Source of the DNA: Octopus sinensis
Taxonomy: Eukaryota
Assembly: GCF_006345805.1 (NCBI RefSeq)
Contig: NC_043004.1
Location: forward strand, 106,330,001-106,394,000
Reading direction: 5' to 3'
Length of the DNA stretch: 64,000 bases
The translations under genes were made by a program, and so were the position numbers. The first letter of the stretch is position 1. Each line of letters begins with the position of its first letter. Shown piece by piece: positions 52,243 to 61,800 of this stretch. The notes under the pieces are model-generated. The model was not told the DNA's origin. It did no database searches and was given only the letters and a program-made list of their open reading frames with translations.

Positions 52243-55035
52243 AGAGCAAATAATAGTGTAACCTCTTAAACTGGTCCTATGTGACCCAAATATTCTACAT
52301 GTCTTATGTCCAAACCAGACAGGTCTGGCCTCTCACACCTATCCTACAATGTCATTATAAAAATAACAATCGAATCATCAAAATCTCAATGCTATGAGTT
52401 AAAACATGATTTAATTGAAAACAATGTGAATAAATAAGCATTACTTATGAGCAAGTTAAAATGAATGCTAAAGGGTTAAATCAACTGAGATACATAACAA
52501 GCACCATCTCAGCTGTTGTGATTGTTATTCCTTCTTTGCTCAAGTTCACTGGTGATCACAGAATTGAAGTTAAGGGTGATATTGGATGTGCTTCTGTCAT
52601 GGACAAAGCATACAGAAGTTGCAATTGATGCTGAGTGGAAACAGTGAAACATAGATATATAAACTGAGCTATTGAATATCATTACCAATAGCCATGGACA
52701 TATATGTATGTCTATGTCTGAATGTATGTATTTCATGTGCTTGTTCATTTTAGGTCCATTTTTTGATGCAAGCATTGGTTATATGAATATATTATTGAAG
52801 CATTGTCTTACAGTCTTATGCTCTTCCTGTCACTAACCCTTACCAGATATTCAAGTAAGGGATCTAGTATTTCACATCTCTTCGAAGGTGCAAAGTGACA
52901 TTAAAAGAGACGACAGAACCCTTGTAGTGAGTAACTTTCATGGAGAGCAAATGTAAACAAGGAACTATTCACAAAACAAACTTCCCATAAAAACATCCCA
53001 GACCTAATGCCTGCCACAACAAACTTGTAGTCACAGCAGACTGACCACCAAAACCATTTCTTCTAAACAAAAGACCAAATCTTACTTCTGGTGCAGCAGT
53101 TTCTGCGCTTTCTAACGTTTTGTAGCGTTGTTTTAGGTTTTCTTCAATATTCTTCTCTAGGTTGCTAAAATGGAAAGCAAATAGGAGAATGAATATGTCT
53201 GCATGTCTTAAAAAGTAGATCTGTGTGTATACACATGTACTTTTTCTTCTGTTTTATATACACAAAGACACACACACATACTCTACATACATATTTATAA
53301 ACGTATATATATATATATCATCATCATCATCATCATTTAACGTCCGCTTTCCATGCTAGCATGGGTTGGACAGTTCAACTGGGGTCTGGGGAGCCCGAAA
53401 GCTGCACCAGTCCAGTCAGATCTGGCAGTGTTTCTACAGCTGGATGCCCTTCCTAACGCCAACCACTCCGAGAGTGTAGTGGGTGATTTTATGTGCCACC
53501 GACACAGGTGCCAGACGAGGCTGGCAAACGGCCACGCTCGGATGGTGTTTTTATGTGCCACCGATACAGGTGCCAGACGAGGCTGGCAGACGGCCACGCT
53601 CGGATGGTGTTTTTATGTGCCACCGACACAGGTGCCAGACGAGGCTGGCAGACGGCCACGCTCGGATGGTGTTTTTATGTGCCACTGACACAGGTGCCAG
53701 ACGAGGCTGGCAGACGGCCACGCTCGGATGGTGTTTTTATGTGCCACCGACACAGGTGCCAGATGAGGCTGGCAAACGGCCACGATCGGATGGTGCTTGT
53801 TACGTGCCCACAGCACGGAGGCCAGTCGATGCGGTACTGGCTACGGCCACGTTCGGATGGTTTTCTTATGTGCCCCGTGCCACCGGCACTGGTACCACAA
53901 AGATACAAATTCCATTGATGTTCATCTATTTTGATTTGTTTTGATTTTCACTTGCCTCAGCAGGTCTTCACAAGTGTCACAAGAAGGAATGTATGCACAG
54001 GTGGACTGACTACGTCCCAGGTAGGGGCCATGGGTTATGGCCTGACTAGTCTTGCCGGGTCTTCGGATGGTGTTTTTATGTGCCACCGACACAGGTGCTA
54101 GATGAGGCTGGCGAATGGCCACGATCGGATGGTGTTTGTCATGTGCCCACCGCACTGACTACAGCACTGATGGATTTCTTGTGTGCCACAGGCACTGGTA
54201 CCACAAGATACAAATTCCATTGATGTTCATCTATTTTGTCTATTTTGATTTGATTTGATTTTCACTTGCCTCAACCGGTCTTCACAAGTGTCACAAGAAG
54301 GAAGGTATGCACAGGTGGACCGACTAGTCTTGCCGGGTCTTCGGAAGGTGTTTTTATGTGCCACCGACACAGGTGCCAGATGAGGCTGGCGAACGGCCAT
54401 GATCGGATGGTGTTTGTTACGTGCCCACAGCACGGAGGCCGGTCGATGCGGAACTGGCTACGGCCATGTTCGGATGGTTCTCTTGTGTGCCACCGGCACT
54501 GGTACCACAAAGTGTGTGCCACCGGCACTGGTACCACAAAGTGTGTGCCACCGGCACTGGTACCACAAAGTGTGTGCCACCGGCACTGGTACCACAAAGA
54601 TACAGATTCCATTGATGTTCATCTATTTTGATTTGTTTTGATTTTCACTTGCCTCAACAGGTCTTCACAAGTGTCACAAGAAGGAAGGCATGCACAGGTG
54701 GACTGACTACGTCCCAGGTAGGGGCCATGGGTTATGGCCTGACTAGTCTTGCCGGGTCTTCGGATGGTGTTTTTATGTGCCACCGACACAGGTGCTAGAT
54801 GAGGCTGGCGAACGGCCACGATCGGATGGTGTTGTCATGTGCCCACAGCACGGAGGCCAGTCGATGAGGTACTGGCTACGGCCACTTTCGGATGGTTTTC
54901 TCTTGTGTGCCACCGGCACTGGTACCACAAAGATACAAATTCCATTGATGTTCATCTATTTTGATTTGTTTTGATTTGATTTTGATTTTGATTTTCACTT
55001 GCCTCAACAGGCCTTCACAAGTATCACAAGGAGAT

Positions 55036-55078
<43 letters not shown>

Positions 55079-55443
55079 AATTTCGAACAATGGGAATGAG
55101 TGATCAACATCACATAGGTGAATAAAATTTCTTTATTTGTGTATTAAGGTTACCATTGGTTTCATGTTCAGAAAATTATCTCAATATCTTAACAATTGTT
55201 AAGATATTATGATAACTTTCTTAACACGAAACCAATGATAGCCTAAATACACACACACACATATGTATGTATATATTCAATAAGCATTAGAAGCAGTGTG
55301 AGGTTTTTAATAAACAAATTTGAACACACATGCACTAGGTATGTGTGTTGTAGTTCGTGGGTCCTCTGCAGGTTTTAGGCGTAAGAGAATATATTCTCTA
55401 TGCACTTGGTGCTTTGTATGGATACATATATATATATATATAG

Positions 55444-55503
<60 letters not shown>

Positions 55504-55850
55504 AATTTCGAACAATGGGAATGAGTGATCAACATCACATAGGTGAATAAAATTTCTTTATTTGTGTATTAAGGTTACCATTGGTTTCATGTTCAGAAAA
55601 TTATCTCAATATCTTAACAATTGTTAAGATATTATGATAACTTTCTTAACACGAAACCAATGATAGCCTAAATACACACACACACATATGTATGTATATA
55701 TTCAATAAGCATTAGAAGCAGTGTGAGGTTTTTAATAAACAAATTTGAACACACATGCACTAGGTATGTGTGTTGTAGTTCGTGGGTCCTCTGCAGGTTT
55801 TAGGCGTAAGAGAATATATTCTCTATGCACTTGGTGCTTTGTATGGATAC

Positions 55851-55881
<31 letters not shown>

Positions 55882-58800
55882 GATACATATATATATATAT
55901 AGATACATATATATATATATAGATACATATATATATATATAGATACATATATATATATATATATAGATATATATATATATATATATATATATGCATTGTA
56001 TTCATTCATTAGGATTTACTGAGAGTGGGGACTAAATAATAACAACAGGTGAATGTATGGGTGTAGACAGAATAGATCCATGAATGGCACTTGGTTATTT
56101 AACCCACTGCATACACATCAGAAATCTGTTCAATTAGAACTGGCCTAGAACTACACACCAACAAAACAAGAGCAACAGCAATAACAGCAACAATGACCAC
56201 AACAACGACAACAAGAACAGCATTAGCAGCAGCAATAACCCCATCACTACCACCACCACCGACAACAGCAAGAACGACAACAACAACAACATGATTATTT
56301 CCAGACGACTGAGGACTAAACAAAACACAGAAAGATGATCATTTGAAGAACTTACTTGTACATTTCTCGAAACAGATCAAATAAAGTTTGAATCTGACAA
56401 ACATTAATTATCTGAAACAAACAAACGAAATTGTTTAATTAGAGAAAAATATGAGAATGGGAATGAAATTTATTTGCTTCATTCTAGAGAAATGACCTTA
56501 TGCATCACAAGTTCAAAATATCTGCTAGTGTTTTGTATCCCTTTTGGTTAATACTAGTTTTTTTTTTTTCTCCATTTAACAGATAAAAATGGAGTGAACA
56601 CTCAGTGTATCTCTATTTGTCATAGTTATTGTTAAAGATCTTAAGGTGGTGTGGTGCTGGCAGAATCATTATAATGACATTTCATCGGTCTTTATGATAT
56701 AAGTTCAAATTCCACTGAGGTCAACTTTGCCTTTCATCTTTTCAGGGTCAATAAAATAAGTACCAGTTGAGCACGGGGGTTGATATAATCGACTTACCTG
56801 CTTCCCCAAAATTGCTGGCCCTGTGCTAAAATTTGGAACCATTATCAAAGATCTTGGGAAATACATAATCATCACAATTACCAACTTTTCTAATCTTTAG
56901 TTAAGGAATTAAGGTTCTTTACCTCTAATTCATCCAGGGAACCTTGAAGGAATCTTTCAAGTTGTCTTTTCAAATCAAGTTTTTGTTGATATGTTAATGG
57001 TTCATAATTGATCTGAGTTCTGTTTGCCTATAGATAAATAAATAAACAATAAGGTGAAGATCAATTTTACATAAAGATTAAAAAAATGTTCATACTAATT
57101 ATATGAATGTATTATTAAGATATTGATCATAAGTTTTTGTATTTATGTATTTGTTTTGTAAGAATAAAAAAAATCTAAAGGTAAATCTGATGGTAGTGGT
57201 GATGATGTGAGGAAATGACAAAATGGCAACGATGAAAGATTTGTAAAACTTACAAGTGTGTCGTGCATAGCCAATTCTACCTTCAACTGAGAAATTTCTT
57301 GTTTCATTTTCTTTACCAAAATCTAAAAGGGAAAAACCAAAATGTAAAGCAGAACAACAGTCATTTGAAACTCAACCCAAATACTTGCATTAGACTGTAC
57401 ACTGCTAAAAGCACCCAAAGAGCAGGTGGTGGAGAAATATAGTCCCTCTCACTGGCTTCCACACCAGTTTCAGTTTCCATCCAACATGTTTCACTCATGA
57501 GGCTTTTGTCAATCCAAGGTTTATAGAAGGGAGACCTAAGTGCCACACAATAGAAACATGTTTTGAAGTCAATTCCTGAGCCACATGGCAATGCTTTGTG
57601 CTCATTCATTGGTTATTGTCTCTTTTGTTCTTCATTTGTGAAACTCAGATGGCACTGTGACTGTAGGCATTTTTTCTTTGTTACTTGAAGACTGTGGGAT
57701 AAGAATAACCAAGAAGCATTGATTTTTTTTCTCGTACCATTTTACATTATATTGCTACTGCTTATTTTACAAACCTTAGAAGCTAATCCACAGAGTCCTG
57801 CTTATAGTGTGGAGTCCCGTCAGTTGTATGTAGTCCTGCCTACTGTAAGTATACCACGCTTCAGTTTGGTCTGGAAATAAAATATGGTTTGTTGTTGTTG
57901 TTTAGCACCAGGTCAACCTTGATCAAGAAGACCTTTGATTAATGACATTTCAGCTGTGACCATTCCATCTTTTTCTTTCACATAAAGTATCTAAGACAAT
58001 ATGCAATCTTGTTTTGTTTATGTTTTTGTTGGTACAAGATGGGGTTTCAGGGAGGAAAAAAGATTCTGCATTCCTGGTTTGGCACTCAGTAAAAAGAAAA
58101 GGGAAGAGGAGGTCATAATTTTCTCCAGGGGCTTGATTAGGAAAAGGGAGATTGAACTAGATCAGGACTTAACCAACAACCATGGAAATTCTTTCATTCA
58201 ACTGTCCATTTGTAATTGGAAATTGCAAGACTGAATCACCATTGAATATATATAATTTCCCCACCACCTTATGCGTTTATTTTTTTTTAAAAATCATGCA
58301 TTTTGTTTTATAATAGCCTTATCCATGCTCGCAATGATATGCCTTAGTGTGAATTGAATTAATCCTCAGCTTCTGATCAAGCACAATGATATATAAATTA
58401 GTGAAGATTCAGATGGTCTGGTACACATATATGATGACTAAGATGGGATACAGCTTAATAACAATCGGATAGGTTCTAACAAACTGAACAAAGATTTCTT
58501 TTCAATTTCTATGCATTAAAAAAAATTTCTCCCACCTTACTATCATTTCTCAAACAACCTAAAAATCATTTATTAAATTCTCTCAATCTCTCTCTCTCTC
58601 TTTCTCTCCATATTTACTTAGTGATCTTATCAATTATACTTTGGCAGGTAGAGTGAGATGAAATGTCTAGACATATCTCCCACACTTGCAGATGAAAAGA
58701 TAATGGTAGTCAATAATTATTTCTGTTACACATTCATATCTATGTGTTTGCGTATGCCAAACTACATCCCCACTCTTGGCACTATTTTGTTAGTGAACAG

Positions 58801-61800
58801 TACAACTGTGTGTAAAGTATATAATGTAACACTACGCTGAATGTCGAGTCCGTGTATCATGTAAAGCAAATAAACACGTAACAAAAACAATGGTCTTCAT
58901 TTGGTTGTCCATCCCATTAGAACCCAAACTACACATAACATGGTGGCAGCGGTAAATAATTAAACGGAAACTGTGCCTTTACAACAAATCAGAAACGCAA
59001 CGAACCAAGAAATTAACAAACAAAACATGGCTTCGTCTTTGGACAACATACATGACGATCCAAGATGGCGACCCCCGTCGCCGTACAGATGAATCTACAT
59101 CCGATTATGGATTGGGACTCCGATGATATTTTGGAAGCATTTAAAAAGTTTAAACAGAAAACTCAACTAGCTTTCAAAAGTTTCCTGAAAGGCACAACTG
59201 ATGATGAGAAGGTAAGCTATATCCTTTTGTGGTCAGGTAATAAAGGAATAGACCTATACAATAGCTGGGATATGTCAGAATCCGACTGCAATAACCCAGA
59301 CACACTTCTTGAGAAATTTGAAAGGCACCTAGAGCCCAGGTCGAACCATAGAATTCACAGATACGAATTCCAGGGCCTGAAATAAGCCCCACAAGAAACA
59401 ATTGACAATTTCCTGTCAAGACTGAAAAATGTTGCAGAGAAATGCAAATTCAAAGACAGGGAGGAGAGAATTGTAGACCAATTAATATGGAGGTGTGCCC
59501 ACAAAGAAGTACAAAAATCACTAATAGGTAAGGACACTCTCCAGTTGGTAGAAGCAGTAGACACTGCAAGAGCATTCGAAGCCACTACCAAACAGATGGC
59601 CTCACTTAGCTTACAAACAAGCTCACTTGGTAGCAGTGTAGATACTGTATCTAGGCACAGGACACATACCCACAAACAAAGAACATGCCAGTACTGTGGT
59701 ACGGAGCATGAATTTAATAACCAAAAAAAATGTCCTGCATTCGGTGCACACTGCAAAGGATGTGGAAAACTTAACCACTGGAAAAAAATGTGTAGGGTAA
59801 AAAAATCCCAGAGATACAAGCCCCAATTTTCAAAGAGGAGCAGAAATAGAAGAAGAGAGATACATGCACAACAACAGGAACAAAACACCTCAGAGGAGGA
59901 ATTCTTGGCAATCGGCATAATAAATGTGCATGAGATGGGAAAGGACAACCGGAAGAAAGAAGATGAGGCATACACGACAATAAGAATTCAAAAGAAGGCC
60001 GGAAGGAAAAGAACAAACATAGACTTAAGGCTGAAGATAGACACTGGGGCCCAGAGTGATATCTTGCCTGTCAGCTTATACAAGAAGATGTTCCCAGAAA
60101 ATATGACAGAAGAGGATAGGGTCAGGAAAGGAATCCTCACACCAAGTGATGTGGTCCTCACTGCGTACGGAGGTACCAGGATTCCACAACTGGGGAAAAC
60201 AACGATTAGGGGGACACACAAAGGGAAAACAATCGAGTGTACATTTTATGTCACAAGAACAGAAGGCCCAGCAATTCTTGGACTCGATACCTGCAGGAAG
60301 TTAAATATTGTGTCGGTCAATGCTGAAGTGAAAGCAGCTCCAAGCAGGATTGACAGTGATATGCCTATCAAAGACCGACCACCAATCACAAACAAACAGG
60401 AGATGGAAGGACTAAGCAGAAAGGTCCACCACATTGTAAATGTGACAACCACAAAGCTTGCGGAAATCAAAGAGGAGACCAGCAAAGATGAAGAACTTCA
60501 GCTCCTTACTCAGATGGTGATTCAGGGGTGGCCAGAAAAGAGACATCAGGTGCAACCCCTGATTCGTGAATATTGGGCCATCCATGATGATATATCAGTG
60601 GAGAATGGAATCCTGATGGCTGGATCCCGAATCATTATACCCAAGTCAATGCAAAGGGAGATTCTTGACAAGATCCACCAAGGGCATCTAGGAATGGAAA
60701 AATGCAAGCTCCGAGCCAAGTCAGCAGTATATTGGGTAGGCATGTACAAAGACATAGAAAAGACAGTTTCTACATGCCGCATCTGCCAAAAGTACAGAAC
60801 CTCACAGCAAAAGGAGGAAATGATATCTAGTGACATCCCAAGAAGGCCATGGCAAACTATTGAAGTAGATCTATTCACAGAGGGCCAAGAATGGTATTTA
60901 ATAATGGCCTGCTACTACTCCAAATTTCAATTTGTGAGAAAAGTGAAAGACCTGACGGCCAAAACAATCACTACAGTGGCTCGAGGACTCCTAGCAGAGC
61001 AAGGAATACCAGAGCAGATCATATGTGACAATGGAACCCAGTTCACATCACAAGAATTCAAAAAGCTAGCCGATGAGTATGGGTTCAATATTACAATTTC
61101 ATCTCCACACTATCCCAAAGGCCATGGGTTTATAGAAAGACAGGTGCAGACAGTGAAGAGAACACTAGTCAAATGCCGAGAGACTAAGGAAGACCCACAC
61201 CTGGCACTTCTGTCCCTACGAGCGACACCACTGAGAGCTGATATGAAATCCCCAGCAGAATTGCTGAATGGCAGGAAGTATAAAACTACCCTGCCAACTA
61301 AGATCCAACCTCCTATTGACCAGGAAGAGACAAGGGCAAAGCTAGCAGCCACTCAAGAACAATCACAGAGGTATTACAACAAACATGCACAATATTTACC
61401 TGAGATACTTGGAGGACAACATGTGCATACTCAAGATCCCATAACTAAAACATGGATCCCAGCAAAGGTTGTCAGTAGAGCTGAAACTCCAAGATCATAT
61501 ATAATAGAAACGGAATCTGGTAGGCAGCTGAGACGCAACAGGGCCCACATCCGCCCAACACCAGAGCTGTTTTGGACAACGTGTACAACACCTGCTGCAT
61601 TAGTGACAACACCCACAGAATCATCACCCCAACGTGCACCAACCACCTATCAGCAGCCCAACAACACACCTCAGACACCGGTGTGAAGCATAAGATCCAC
61701 CAGATGGAGAAAGAACATTCTGCCACCGGTTCGATACCGTTAAAGAAAAAAAAAAAAGAAAATGAAAAGAGAAGTATCTAATTCAGCTAGACTACAAAGC

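Noticed and set aside
53482-54599. CRISPR-like appearance of 29-bp and 62-bp repeats with hairpin motifs
   Set aside because: The units are contiguous with no unique spacers, there are no cas genes and the context is eukaryotic.
53337-54974. Cys/His-rich ORFs with repeats such as VCHRHWYHK, resembling a metal-binding protein
   Set aside because: Periods of 29 and 62 bp are not multiples of three, so the frames rotate. The ORFs are by-products of a GC-rich tandem repeat inside a KIF9 intron.
55340-55400. Minus-strand CTGCAGAGGACCCACGAAC loosely resembling a second hammerhead core
   Set aside because: Both conserved boxes are mutated and no stems can be drawn.
56099-56328. (AAC/AGC)n tract that could encode poly-Q/T or a hydrophobic V/A-rich peptide
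   Set aside because: Intronic trinucleotide repeat; the KIF9 exons on either side splice in frame without it.
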